Below, one piece after another: positions 48,471 to 58,061 of a stretch of 64,000 nt of DNA (its first letter is position 1; each line of letters begins with the position of its first letter). The translations under genes were made by a program, and so were the position numbers. Below the pieces are notes generated by a model that saw nothing but the letters and a program-made list of their open reading frames with translations, had not been told where the DNA came from and did not search any database. The stretch is from Nannocystis pusilla (GTDB taxonomy: Bacteria; Myxococcota_A; Polyangia; Nannocystales; Nannocystaceae), in the NCBI RefSeq assembly GCF_051105105.1, contig NZ_CP185339.1. One strand, 5' to 3'.

Positions 48471-49919
48471 TCAGTGCTCCTCCGCGAACAGGTCGCGCGC
48501 GAGCTCGCGGTAGAACTCGAGGTGGTCGAACTTGAGGTCGGTGACGCCGAGCAGCTGCCCGACCTCGTCGATGTGGTCGGCGATCATCTCGCCGCGGTAG
48601 TCGCCCCACTTGGCGCTCTCGACGGTGACGAGGCCGTCGTTGTCGCCGCGCGCGAGCTGCAGCACGGTGTAGCCGAGGCTGATCAGCGGGTCGACCAGGT
48701 CCTGGCAGTGGTTGCCGGGGATGAGGAAGCCGGCGGCGTCGCAGGTGCGGCCGGTGTAGCTGATGTACTTGACGCGCGGGTCGTCGGGGTTCGAGGGGTT
48801 GAACTCGTCCTGCATGTAGTGCTCGCTGAGCGAGTAGAACGAGGCCTCGGCGTCGGACTTCTGCTGGGCCGAGACCGCGCCGACGAAGTTGAGGAGGAAG
48901 CCGAGCGCGGCCTCGACCCCGCCGGGCGCGAGGCCGAGGGCGAGGTCGGTGATGTACGTGCCGCGGTGCGGGCTGGCGATCGTCACGACCACGGAGACGC
49001 GGTCGCCGTAGCCGCGGCTGGCGACCACCGCCCGCGAGTCGATGCCGCCCTGGCTGTGGCCGAGGAGGTCGAGCTTGCGCGCGCGCTGGGCCACCAAAAA
49101 CTCGTCGAGCTGCTCGGCGAGCTGGCCCGAGCGCACCGTGGTGCTGTTGTACGGGTCGAGGATGGCGACCTCGACCGGGAAGCCGAGCGACTCGAGCTCG
49201 GCGGTGACGCCGTAGAAGTAGGTGATGGGACCTATCGCCTCGAAGCCGGTCCAGCCGTGGACGAGCACGATCGGGAAGCGGGTGGTCTCGCGCTCGCAGC
49301 CGATCGAGCACACGAACTCGAGGTTGTAGTCGCTCGCCGCGTCGGGGCTGTCCGATCGGACATGCACCGCGAACTCGCCCGACCGCGGGACGGCGAAGAT
49401 GGCCTCGGCCGGGGCCTCGCCGCTGACCAGCGGGGGCGCCAGCGCGGCCTGCCACACCAGCGCGCCCGGCTCGTCGGGGTAGGCGACGGTAGCCCGCAGC
49501 GGGCCGGCGCCGTCGGTGCGGGTGAGGCGGATCTGCCACGAGCTCTCGTCGGGGAAGGCGACGTACCAGCGGTGCTCGCTGCAGGCCGGCAAGGTCTCGC
49601 CCTTCACGTCCTCGCCGACGCCGAGGTAGTCGCGCTCGACCAGCGTCAAATCATTCGGGTCGCAGGCGGGCTCGCCGGTGGTGGTGGTGGTGCCGGTGGT
49701 CTGGCCGTGGCCGCCGCTGCCGTCGTCGTCCGTGCCCGAGCCGGTGGTGGTCGGCGGGGCGTCGGGCCGGCCGCCGGTGGTGCCGCTGGCGGGGGCGTCG
49801 GAGTCTGTCCCTTCGGTCATCCCCGCGCCGGCGCCGGGGCCCTGCGCGTCGCCGCAGGCGAGGGTCACGAGCGAGACCGCGAGCGCGGCGGTGAGCGCGG
49901 GCGAGCGTGAGGACGACAC
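48471..49919 (-). CDS. Secreted lipase (alpha/beta hydrolase, GHSQGG) lipoprotein with an N-terminal PPC-like domain.
   Basis: GTG start; lipobox (LVTLAC); a Gly/Thr linker; GHSQGG nucleophile elbow; it ends LFAEEH. Confidence 0.8.
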   Translation of the reverse strand: MSSSRSPALTAALAVSLVTLACGDAQGPGAGAGMTEGTDSDAPASGTTGGRPDAPPTTTGSGTDDDGSGGHGQTTGTTTTTGEPACDPNDLTLVERDYLGVGEDVKGETLPACSEHRWYVAFPDESSWQIRLTRTDGAGPLRATVAYPDEPGALVWQAALAPPLVSGEAPAEAIFAVPRSGEFAVHVRSDSPDAASDYNLEFVCSIGCERETTRFPIVLVHGWTGFEAIGPITYFYGVTAELESLGFPVEVAILDPYNSTTVRSGQLAEQLDEFLVAQRARKLDLLGHSQGGIDSRAVVASRGYGDRVSVVVTIASPHRGTYITDLALGLAPGGVEAALGFLLNFVGAVSAQQKSDAEASFYSLSEHYMQDEFNPSNPDDPRVKYISYTGRTCDAAGFLIPGNHCQDLVDPLISLGYTVLQLARGDNDGLVTVESAKWGDYRGEMIADHIDEVGQLLGVTDLKFDHLEFYRELARDLFAEEH

Positions 49920-50058
49920 CCGCCGACTGTAGCAGCGAGGACGCGGGCTTCGCGAGTGCGCGCCGCCGCAATGTGCGCTGGCGCCGGCCGGGCGCCCGCC
50001 CTTGCGGGGGTTGCTGCGGGGCTTTGCCCGGGGCGGCGCCTGGGCTATAGCCGGGCCC

Positions 50059-50775
50059 ATGACCGCGACGAGCCGCTCCAAGCTGTTCTCCAGCGCCGCG
50101 GAGGCGCTGTTCGACGTGCGCGACGGGGCCCAGGTGGCCGTGGGTGGGTTCGGCCTGTGCGGCAACCCGGAGGCGTGCATCGGTGCGCTGGCAGCCTCGG
50201 GGGCGAAGGACCTCGTGATCGTGTCGAACAACTGCGGCAACCAGGGCCAGGGCCTGGCGGTGCTGCTGCAACGAAGGTTGGTGGCGCGGGTGATCTGCAG
50301 CTTCGTCGGCGGCAACCCGGATCTGGAGCAGCAGATGCTCTCGGGCCAGGTCCAGGTCGAGCTCAACCCGCAAGGCACCCTGGCCGAACGCCTGCGCGCC
50401 GGCGGGTCGGGCATTCCGGCGTTCTTCACGCCGACCGGGGCCGGCACCGTGGTGTCCGAGGGCAAGGAGGTCCGTGAGTTCGCCGGTCGCCCCTGCGTGC
50501 TCGAGACGGCGCTCCAGCCCGACTTCGCCATCGTCCGCGCCGAGGTCGGCGACCCGCTCGGCAACCTCCGCTTCTATCGCACGGCCCGCAACTTCAACCC
50601 GCTGGCGGCGATGGCGGCGCGGGTCACGATCGCCGAGGTCGACCGCCTCGTCGACGTCGGCGAGCTCGACCCGGACGATGTTCACCTGCCCGGAATCTTC
50701 GTTCAGCGGGTGATCCACGTGCCCGAGCACAAGAACGTGATCGAGTACCGCACGACCCGCCCCCGCGCCGGTTGA
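50059..50775 (+). CDS. 3-oxoacid CoA-transferase subunit A. No subunit B follows.
   Basis: MTATSRSKLFSSAAEAL..GGFGLCGNPE..; ends ...VIHVPE; the next gene is a DJ-1/PfpI gene. Confidence 0.8.
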   Translation: MTATSRSKLFSSAAEALFDVRDGAQVAVGGFGLCGNPEACIGALAASGAKDLVIVSNNCGNQGQGLAVLLQRRLVARVICSFVGGNPDLEQQMLSGQVQVELNPQGTLAERLRAGGSGIPAFFTPTGAGTVVSEGKEVREFAGRPCVLETALQPDFAIVRAEVGDPLGNLRFYRTARNFNPLAAMAARVTIAEVDRLVDVGELDPDDVHLPGIFVQRVIHVPEHKNVIEYRTTRPRAG

Positions 50776-50918
50776 CCGGCGGCCGCGGCGCTGGCCCCAG
50801 GCCCGCAGCAGGCCCCGCAGGCCCGGTCGGCGGGGCGTCCGCGCGCCTTCGCCGGTTTTTGTCAATTTTGCGAGATCGCGGCTAGCCTCACCGGGCCGGA
50901 AGGATAGGCGAGGGTCAC

Positions 50919-51512
50919 ATGACGGAGGACATGATCGAAGACATCGAGGTCGAATCGACCATCCCGCGCGCCCTGGTGATCCTGGCCGAAGGGGCAGAGG
51001 AGGCCGAGGCCGTGATCGTGGTCGACATCCTCCGCCGCGGCGGGATCGACGTGGTGTTCGCAGGGCTCAACGGCGACAGCCCGGTCCTGTGCGGCCGCAA
51101 GATGAAGCTCATCCCCGACATCGCGCTGTCGGCGGTGACCGGCCACTTCCAGGCGATCGTGCTGCCGGGCGGGGCCGAAGGCGCCCGCCGCCTCGGCAGC
51201 TCGGAGGCGGTCGGCGAGCGCCTCCGCCACGCGGTCACCGACGGCCTGGTCGTCGGGGCCATCTGCGCCGCCCCCCTGGCCCTGCTGGCCCACCAGGTGT
51301 TCGCCGGCAAGGCGATGACCTGCCACCCCAGCGTGGCCTCGCGCATCGCGATGTACGGCAAGCTGGTCCAAAAGCCAGTCGTCGAGGATGGCCAGCTCGT
51401 CACGAGTCAGGGCCTCGGCACGGCGATCATGTTCGGGCTGACTCTGGTCCGCAGGATCATGGGCGACGTCCGCGCGGCCGACGTCGAGCGCGGCCTCACG
51501 CTGCCGCGCTGA
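50919..51512 (+). CDS. DJ-1/PfpI family protein.
   Basis: RALVILAEGAEEAEAVIVVDILRRGG...AICAAPLAL (nucleophile elbow Cys). Confidence 0.8.
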   Translation: MTEDMIEDIEVESTIPRALVILAEGAEEAEAVIVVDILRRGGIDVVFAGLNGDSPVLCGRKMKLIPDIALSAVTGHFQAIVLPGGAEGARRLGSSEAVGERLRHAVTDGLVVGAICAAPLALLAHQVFAGKAMTCHPSVASRIAMYGKLVQKPVVEDGQLVTSQGLGTAIMFGLTLVRRIMGDVRAADVERGLTLPR

Positions 51513-51566
51513 CGAGCGATCCAACGAGCCCTCGAGGTCGAGCGCCTCGCTGGTGGCGAGGCGCGG

Positions 51567-52155
51567 TCACGCGGTCGCGCCGATCGTGCGGGCGAGCGCG
51601 GGCGAGAGCGGGTAGGGCTTCTCGGGCGGCAGCAAAGCCTTGGCCCGCGCTTCGTGGCCGCTCTTGAGGTGGCCGTGGATCTTGCGCACGAGCGGGGTGA
51701 GGTCGGTGATGTCGACGGTCCACGCGTCGGCGAAGCGATCGATGACGTGGCGCGAGAGGCCGACCTGGATGCTGCCCTGCTGCAGGTCGGCGCCGCGGAG
51801 CGAGCGCTCGGGGTCCCACTGGATGTGGACGGCGGCGGCGGCGAACCGCTCGCGCCACTCGTCGGGGTCGCGATACGCCCGGGGATCGTGGCTGGTGAGC
51901 ACGCCGGCGGCGAGCGCCTCCTCCCAGCCGGCGCGGGAGATCCGTACGGCCAGGACGTGCTCCTGGCCGGACTTCTGCGCCCAGTTGCTGCGCTCCATCA
52001 GCCACAGGAACGAGGGCTTGATCCACGTCATGCGCGTCCGCGAAAACGGCGGCACGAAGCGCTTGGCGGCCAGCGCCGGCCTGGCGATCGCCGGCCCGTA
52101 CGCCTGGTAGACGACGATCGTGCGGGCGTCGAAGTCGGCGCGGATCTGGTTCATG
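51567..52155 (-). CDS. DUF4291 family protein.
   Basis: MNQIRADFDARTIVVYQAYGPAIA...RMTWIKPSFLWLMERS. Confidence 0.65.
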
Positions 52156-52210
52156 GCGGCGGGCGAGGGTCGCACGCCGGGCCGGCCGCTGCCACCGGGG
52201 CGGGCGCGGC

Positions 52211-52849
52211 TCAGGAGGCGGGCGGGCCCTGGACGTCGGGGGCGAAGTGCGCGAGCGAGGCCTGCAGCAGGCCGGCGATCTCGTCGGCGGTGGCGGTGCC
52301 CGAGGCAGCCGCGGCGGCGGCCCAGGCGTGCGCGGACTGGCGCGAGAACTCCTGGACCTCGCGCGAGTTGGCGGCAGCGGCCGGATCCTCGACGACGTGG
52401 CCGCGGAGGTACTGATCGAGGCCGAGCAGGCCGGCGTCCCAGCCGGGGCCGACGAACAGCGAGCCGGCGCCGCTGCCCGCCAGCTCGATCGGGACGTTGT
52501 GCTCGACCTCGAGGTTCGTGGTGTCGTTGTCGCCCGCGGCCAGCCGTACCTCGACGATGCTGGTCTCGCCGCCCCAGGTCAGCCTCAAGAGGCGCGGAGG
52601 ATCGCAGCGGAGGATGTCGCCGCCGGCGTTGCCCTTGAGCTGGAACTTGCCGCCCTCGCGTAGATCGCCGCTGACCTGCGCGAACCACCGCTTGACCCGC
52701 TCGGGGTCGGTGATGGCCTCCCACACGTCGGCCGGGGTGCTGTCATAGGTGCGGCGCAGCAGCACCGAGATGCCCTGGCCGCCGGCGGCGGTGGGCCGGC
52801 GGGCGACGTTGCGGTGAATGGCGTTGATCTGGTGGACGATGTCGATCAT
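52211..52849 (-). CDS. SRPBCC/AHSA1-like (activator of Hsp90 ATPase homolog) family protein.
   Basis: ...VWEAITDPERVKRWF...; typical partner of ArsR regulators. Confidence 0.7.
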   Translation of the reverse strand: MIDIVHQINAIHRNVARRPTAAGGQGISVLLRRTYDSTPADVWEAITDPERVKRWFAQVSGDLREGGKFQLKGNAGGDILRCDPPRLLRLTWGGETSIVEVRLAAGDNDTTNLEVEHNVPIELAGSGAGSLFVGPGWDAGLLGLDQYLRGHVVEDPAAAANSREVQEFSRQSAHAWAAAAAASGTATADEIAGLLQASLAHFAPDVQGPPAS

Positions 52850-53205
52850 GTGTCTTCGCTCTCCGTGGCTTGGGCCTTCAATCGTCGTTCACGTTTGCCG
52901 CGCGCGATCTCGGTGGCCAGCGCGTCCAGGCGCTGCTCCCAATAATGGCGGAATGGCGCGAGCCAATCGTCTACCTCCTGCAGCCGCTCGGGCGTGACTG
53001 CATAGAGGCGACGGGTGCCCTCGGGCCGCACCGTGGCGAATCCGTGGTCCCGCAGGACCCGCAAGTGCTGGGATACCGCCGGTTGAGAGATGCCGAATTG
53101 GTCCTGGATCACCTTGGTGATGGCGCCCGAGGATTGCTCGCCGTCAGCCAGCAACTCGAGGATCCGGCGCCGCACCGGGTCGCCCAGGATGTCGAACGCG
53201 TGCAC
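52846..53205 (-). CDS. ArsR/SmtB family transcriptional regulator.
   Basis: GTG start; HAFDILGDPVRRRILELLADGEQSSGAITKVIQDQFGISQPAVSQHLRVLRDHGF; 4-nt overlap with the SRPBCC gene. Confidence 0.8.
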   Translation of the reverse strand: MHAFDILGDPVRRRILELLADGEQSSGAITKVIQDQFGISQPAVSQHLRVLRDHGFATVRPEGTRRLYAVTPERLQEVDDWLAPFRHYWEQRLDALATEIARGKRERRLKAQATESEDT

Positions 53206-53270
53206 GGAGTCAGTCAGTATCAAATTTGGCTTATATAAGTCAACGATGAAGTTTTTTCGGGCTTTTGGGC
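53206..53270 (-). promoter_or_regulatory. AT-rich promoter or operator region of the arsR operon.
   Basis: ttgacttatataagccaaatttgatactgactgac in a 70% GC background (a -35-like TTGACT). Confidence 0.4.
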
Positions 53271-53700
53271 GGGAATTGGCGGCCGGAGAGGCGATGGGCG
53301 GAAGTGAGCGGCGCGAAAACGCGCCAACCCGGGAGCAGACGTTCGGGCCTGGACGCGACCCACGGAGAAGGGTCGGCTCACGGGTGATGAGCCATCGTCG
53401 GCGACGAGTCATGCTTCCGCGGCGTGACTGCGGCAGATGACGAATGCTCGGTGCCGGAGTTCGCGAAGGGTCCGGTGATCCGAACATTCGCCGACGCATG
53501 ATCGCCGCGTGACTCACCGGGATCGGTGTCACGTCATGGGCGGCGGCAACGAGATCGGTAGTTGCTTCGGCGACGAGGCGACCCGCGGCATTACCCGCAG
53601 GCCGGCGCGTCGGCCGAATGCCGCGCCTGTTCGGTCGCTACGTTCGGTCGAGACGACTGGCGGAGGTGGAGGCAGGCCGCGCGAGCGCGCGACCGAGACG

Positions 53701-55800
53701 TCACTTCGCGGGCGCGGAGCGGCGGGCGAACTCGAGGTCGAGACGCACGCGGCCGCCGACGACGTTGCCGGCGAGGCGGAAGCCGCGGCCGCTGAGCCAC
53801 GACTGCAGGAAGCCGGCGTCGCGCGGGCCGTCGTCGAAGCTGCCGATCAGTCGCCACAGGTCGGGCAGCTCGCCGTAGAACGCAGGGTTCGTGTCCTTGT
53901 CGCGCTCGACGTTGGCGAGCAGCCACTTGAGGCGGTCCTGGCCGTCGGCGGCGGCGATCCAGCCGAACTCGACGTCCTTGTCGCCGAGGCGCACGGTGCC
54001 GGGGTCGGTGACGAGGTAGACCTGCACCGGGGCCTCGGCCTCGGACAGCCCGGCCGCCTCGACCTTGGCGTCGACGCCGGCGACCGTGACCGGCGAGAAG
54101 CGCATCGACGACAGCCCGACGAGCGAGCGGAACAGGGCGAGGTCCTGGCCCTGCACCCGCGAGTAGGCGACGTAGTCGGTCTGCACCCCGCGGTCGCCGA
54201 CCTGCAGGCTGCGCAGGCTGCCGCCGAAGCCCTCGACGCGGCCGAGGATGTCGAGCACGGTGCGGATGATGCCGGCCTCCATGCCCTTCTGCTCGCGACC
54301 CCAGCGCTCGAGCATGCCGAGCGCGCTCGGCCAGGTCTCGAGCATGAGGACGACCGGACCGAAGGCGCCGGCGTTCTCGATCGCCTCGCTGAAGGCCCGC
54401 TCGTCGCGGCCGTAGAGGCCGATCGCCAGCTCGCCGAGGCCGGCCAGCGGCGGCAGGCCGGAGCTGCGCCAGCACGCGAGGGCGCCGTCGCACAGCCCCG
54501 CGAGGCTGGGCGCGCCGACGCCGGCGGCGGGGCGCGAGAATGTCTTTTCGGCCAGGTCGGCGGCGGCGGGGTCGACTGGCTCCCAGGACATGGTCATCTG
54601 GACAGTCTCGGGATCGACCGCGGCCTCGAGGCGCATGCCGGAGAACAGGCGCCTCGTTTCGCGCAGCTGCTCGAGCGCGGCCCGCTGCCCGAGCGCGCGC
54701 GAGACTTTCTCCGCCCGCTGCCCGGGCTCGTACCAGCGCAGGTCGCGGACGGTGTCGGCGATCTCGTAGACCTCGGACACCGCGGGCACGGCGGCGGCGT
54801 CGGCGTAGGCCGCGAAGTCGCCGCGCAGGGTCGCGAGCACCGGCAGGTCGGCCGGGCCGGCCGCGAGGCCGCTGGTGACGGTGGTGACGCGATCGGGGTC
54901 CCACGCCGCGCCGGTGCCGGCGGGGAAGAAGAACAGATCGAGGACTACCGCCGCGGCCTCCTTGCGGGCGACCAGCAGCGCGCCGGCGTCGCCGAAGCAG
55001 AACTCGCTCGGACCGATCTGGCCGCACAGGGTCGCGATCTCCGGCGGCCGCTCCTTGTGGACCATCCGCGTCAGCAGGGCCGGCAGGGCGGCGGGATCCT
55101 TGGCGGGCAGGTGGACGCGGTTGTGGAACGCGAGGCTACCTGCCCCTCGGGCCATGGCCTCCTGGTCAGGTGAAGGCGCGTCGGGCGGCGGCGGCTTCCA
55201 CGGCTCGGTGATCGGCGTGACCGGCTGGACCGGCGCCGAGTCGAGGTACGGCTGCGGCGGGCTGGGCGGGGCCGGAGGCTGAGGCGGCGGCGGCACCGGG
55301 CGCGGGGACGGCCACGGGGCGACGTCGGCCGGCGTGGTCGCGGCCGCGGGGAACGGGCTTGGGGCCGGCGAGCTGCCGATCCGTTGCAGGGCCTCGCGCA
55401 CGCCGGGCATGGTGGTCGCGATCGGCCGCGCGATCGTGACTGTGATGAAGGCGTCGGGGTCGAGGCCGAGGCGGGCGCTGACGTCGTCGACGCGCGGGTC
55501 GAAGCCGAGGTCGACGCCGGCGCGGGAGACCTCGCGGGCGGTGTCCGGATCCAGCGGCAGCGACTGCAGGTACTTTTGGATCGCACCTGGCTTCAAGGCC
55601 ATGTAGACGAAACCGCCGGCGACGTACCCGGGGCCCTGGCCGACGGTCGCGCGCTCGAGCGGCGGCATGCGGGCGTGAATCGCCCGCAGCGCGGGATCGG
55701 TGGGGTCGTCGGGGGCCCCGGCGCCGCCGCGGCCGCAGGCGAGGGCGAGGACGGCGGCGAGACCGAGGCCGAGGCGAGGACGCGCGAGGGCGTGAGGCAT
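53701..55800 (-). CDS. Large lipoprotein of unknown function with a Pro-rich linker.
   Basis: Lipobox (LAAVLALAC); a poly-Pro segment (PSPRPVPPPPQPPAPPSPPQP); a long non-repetitive C-terminal domain. Confidence 0.7.
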   Translation of the reverse strand: MPHALARPRLGLGLAAVLALACGRGGAGAPDDPTDPALRAIHARMPPLERATVGQGPGYVAGGFVYMALKPGAIQKYLQSLPLDPDTAREVSRAGVDLGFDPRVDDVSARLGLDPDAFITVTIARPIATTMPGVREALQRIGSSPAPSPFPAAATTPADVAPWPSPRPVPPPPQPPAPPSPPQPYLDSAPVQPVTPITEPWKPPPPDAPSPDQEAMARGAGSLAFHNRVHLPAKDPAALPALLTRMVHKERPPEIATLCGQIGPSEFCFGDAGALLVARKEAAAVVLDLFFFPAGTGAAWDPDRVTTVTSGLAAGPADLPVLATLRGDFAAYADAAAVPAVSEVYEIADTVRDLRWYEPGQRAEKVSRALGQRAALEQLRETRRLFSGMRLEAAVDPETVQMTMSWEPVDPAAADLAEKTFSRPAAGVGAPSLAGLCDGALACWRSSGLPPLAGLGELAIGLYGRDERAFSEAIENAGAFGPVVLMLETWPSALGMLERWGREQKGMEAGIIRTVLDILGRVEGFGGSLRSLQVGDRGVQTDYVAYSRVQGQDLALFRSLVGLSSMRFSPVTVAGVDAKVEAAGLSEAEAPVQVYLVTDPGTVRLGDKDVEFGWIAAADGQDRLKWLLANVERDKDTNPAFYGELPDLWRLIGSFDDGPRDAGFLQSWLSGRGFRLAGNVVGGRVRLDLEFARRSAPAK

Positions 55801-55970
55801 CGGCCGAGGATACGCCGAGCGCCCGGCGGCAAACAGCCCTCGCCGTGGGACCCACGATTCGTCGCACCCGCGGCTGCGAGCGGACGGGCCGCGAGCGCTC
55901 GAAAACGGTCGCGGCCGCGCCGTCCAGGCGACTGCACGGACGGAGCGGCCGGGTCACGCGAACGCGCGAG

Positions 55971-56531
55971 CTATTTGGCGCACCAGATCTCGTACTCGAC
56001 GAGCATGCCCGGGATCGCCAGGGCGTCGACGATCCGCAGGGTGCCGGCCGCCGGCTTGATGTTCACCGGGGCGAAGTAGTCGGCGAACAGGCCGAGGATC
56101 GCGTTGAACTCGCCGTCGGTGACGTCGGTCGTCATCGTGAACTCGATGCGGATGATGTCCTTGCGGTCGTAGCCGGCGTCGTCGAGATATTCGTCGAAGT
56201 GGTCGAGGATGTACTGCGTCTGCCCGACGGCGTCGCCGGGGTACATGATCTGCCCGTTCGAATCGTGCGCGCCGTGGCCGGCGATGAGGAACAGCTCGTC
56301 GATGTTCCGCAGCTTGAGGCCCCAATTGAAGATAGCCCCGAAGTCGGGCGCCTCCGGGTTCGGCACCGCGATCTTCTTGAAGTGACCGTTATTGTTGTTG
56401 TTATTGCCGTGGCCCCAGCCGTTGCCGTTGCCGTTACCGTGACCCCAGCCGTTACCCGATACTACTTGGGGCGCTGCGATCGACATCGAGAGCGCGAGGA
56501 GAATCGTCGAAATGAATACTGGCCGCTGCAT
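55971..56531 (-). CDS. Secreted RidA/YjgF family protein with a Gly/Asn/His-rich N-terminal stretch.
   Basis: Signal peptide (MQRPVFISTILLALSMSIAAPQV); GNGWGHGNGNGNGWGHGNNNNNNGH; a RidA core (..LFLIAGHGAHDSNGQI...EFTMTTDV..); lower-GC codons. Confidence 0.7.
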   Translation of the reverse strand: MQRPVFISTILLALSMSIAAPQVVSGNGWGHGNGNGNGWGHGNNNNNNGHFKKIAVPNPEAPDFGAIFNWGLKLRNIDELFLIAGHGAHDSNGQIMYPGDAVGQTQYILDHFDEYLDDAGYDRKDIIRIEFTMTTDVTDGEFNAILGLFADYFAPVNIKPAAGTLRIVDALAIPGMLVEYEIWCAK

Positions 56532-57054
56532 CCCACACCTCCAACGAGAACACGTTACGGGGCCGGTGATACTCGTGTCAATCGCCATCGATGCGCATGC
56601 ATCAAATTTGGGGCAGCGCCGCGTACCTTGCTTCACTTCACCCACGTCACCCACGGCCGCTGACAGGTGGTTGCGGGCGCAAGCGGGGGTTCATGGCGCA
56701 ATTCGTCGGCAGCCGAGGATTCACCTATGATCATTGTTTCGCGGGGCGACAGACGCCGGCCCGCGCGGGTCACTCTCGGGCCGCGCCTGTCCGCAGCCGC
56801 GTGCGACGAATCGCGGGCGAGGGCGCGCCTCAGAATGTATATAGTCCGAGTGCTCATCGGCGAATCCGGGGGCGCGCAAATGTCATTTGGGGACGTTGCA
56901 CCGCGCGGGTCGTGGCGCCCCTCGTCGATGGCAGTCGACCCCGCGCGCGGTCACTTGTCCGGCTTCCTCTTCCCTCGCAGAGAACACAGTTTTTCGGCGC
57001 TTTCGCGCGGCCCGCACGACCCCGGACGCGGCCGTCCGGATATGCTCGCCGGCG

Positions 57055-57342
57055 ATGTACTTCGTGCTCCGCTACGAACTCGTCGACGATTACCTCGAAC
57101 GCCGTACGCCGCTGCGGCCCGAACACCTGGCGCTGGCCCGCGCGGCCGTCGAGCGCGGCGAGCTGCGGCTCGGCGGCGCGCTGGCCGAGCCGGCCGACGA
57201 AGCCCTGCTGGTGTTTCGCGGCCCCGACCCGTCCGCCGCCGAGGCGTTCGCGCGAGCCGACCCTTATGTCCGTGAAGGGCTGGTCCGCCGCTGGACCGTG
57301 AGGCCCTGGACGGTGGTGATCGGGGCCGACTTCGCGGGCTGA
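57055..57342 (+). CDS. YciI family protein.
   Basis: MYFVLRYELVDDYLERRTPLRPEHLALARAAVERGELRLGGAL. Confidence 0.7.
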   Translation: MYFVLRYELVDDYLERRTPLRPEHLALARAAVERGELRLGGALAEPADEALLVFRGPDPSAAEAFARADPYVREGLVRRWTVRPWTVVIGADFAG

Positions 57343-57710
57343 GGCGCGGCGCGAGAGACTGCGCCAGGCGTCGGGGCGTCGACTTCGCCCGTTCGTAGCA
57401 GCGACTCGGCCCCGCGCTGCTGCGCGCCGATGCCCGTGCGTTGCGGTGCTCCGAGCAGTAGCGACATCGCGGCGGCCCTGCCGGCCGTCGTCGCTCGCGG
57501 AGCTGCTCCGGGGCGGGGCCTTTCGGGTGAGTCGCGGTGAGGTGGCCGGGCCGGGGTGGCCCGGTACCTGTCCCCGCGGACAGGTACTCGACCTGTCGTG
57601 ACGGCCGGCGCCTGTCGAAGCGGCCTGGGTCCGCGTCGTTCGGCGAACGGGGGTCGTGCGGCCCGCTTCGCGGCGATCTGCGGGGCTCCGAGAGACGATG
57701 GCTGTGCGGC

Positions 57711-57895
57711 TCGAAGAGGGTGAGGGCGGCGCGCTTCGAGCGGGCGGTCGCGGCCGTCCGCGCTGCGACTGCGACTCGAAGAGGGTGAGGGCGGCGCGCT
57801 TCGAGCGGGCGGTCGCGGCCGTCCGCGCTGCGACTGCGACTCGAAGAGGGTGAGGGCGGCGCGCTTCGAGCGGCGGTCGCGGCCGTTCGCGCTGC
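57711..57895. repeat. 65-bp tandem repeat with 2 perfect copies and 1 partial copy.
   Basis: tcgaagagggtgagggcggcgcgcttcgagcgggcggtcgcggccgtccgcgctgcgactgcgac, three times. Confidence 0.9.
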
Positions 57896-58026
57896 TCCGA
57901 GGAGCAGCCGCGGTGAGCGGATGTCCTTTCGGGCATGTCCATACCGTGCCGCTCACGGGCGCTGCACGTTTCTGCAGCGCGTGAGCGGCGGGCCTTCCCG
58001 GGCGGCGGTCGGTCGGCGCTTGACAA

Positions 58027-58061
58027 GCGTGCTTTCCATCGTGGAAAGAGTACGTGTCATG
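58027..58061 (+). promoter_or_regulatory. Putative promoter (TTGACA) with a perfect 7-bp-arm operator palindrome CTTTCCA-tcg-TGGAAAG, immediately upstream of the XRE-family regulator gene.
   Basis: cgcTTGACAagcgtgCTTTCCAtcgTGGAAAGagtacgtgtcATG. Confidence 0.4.
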
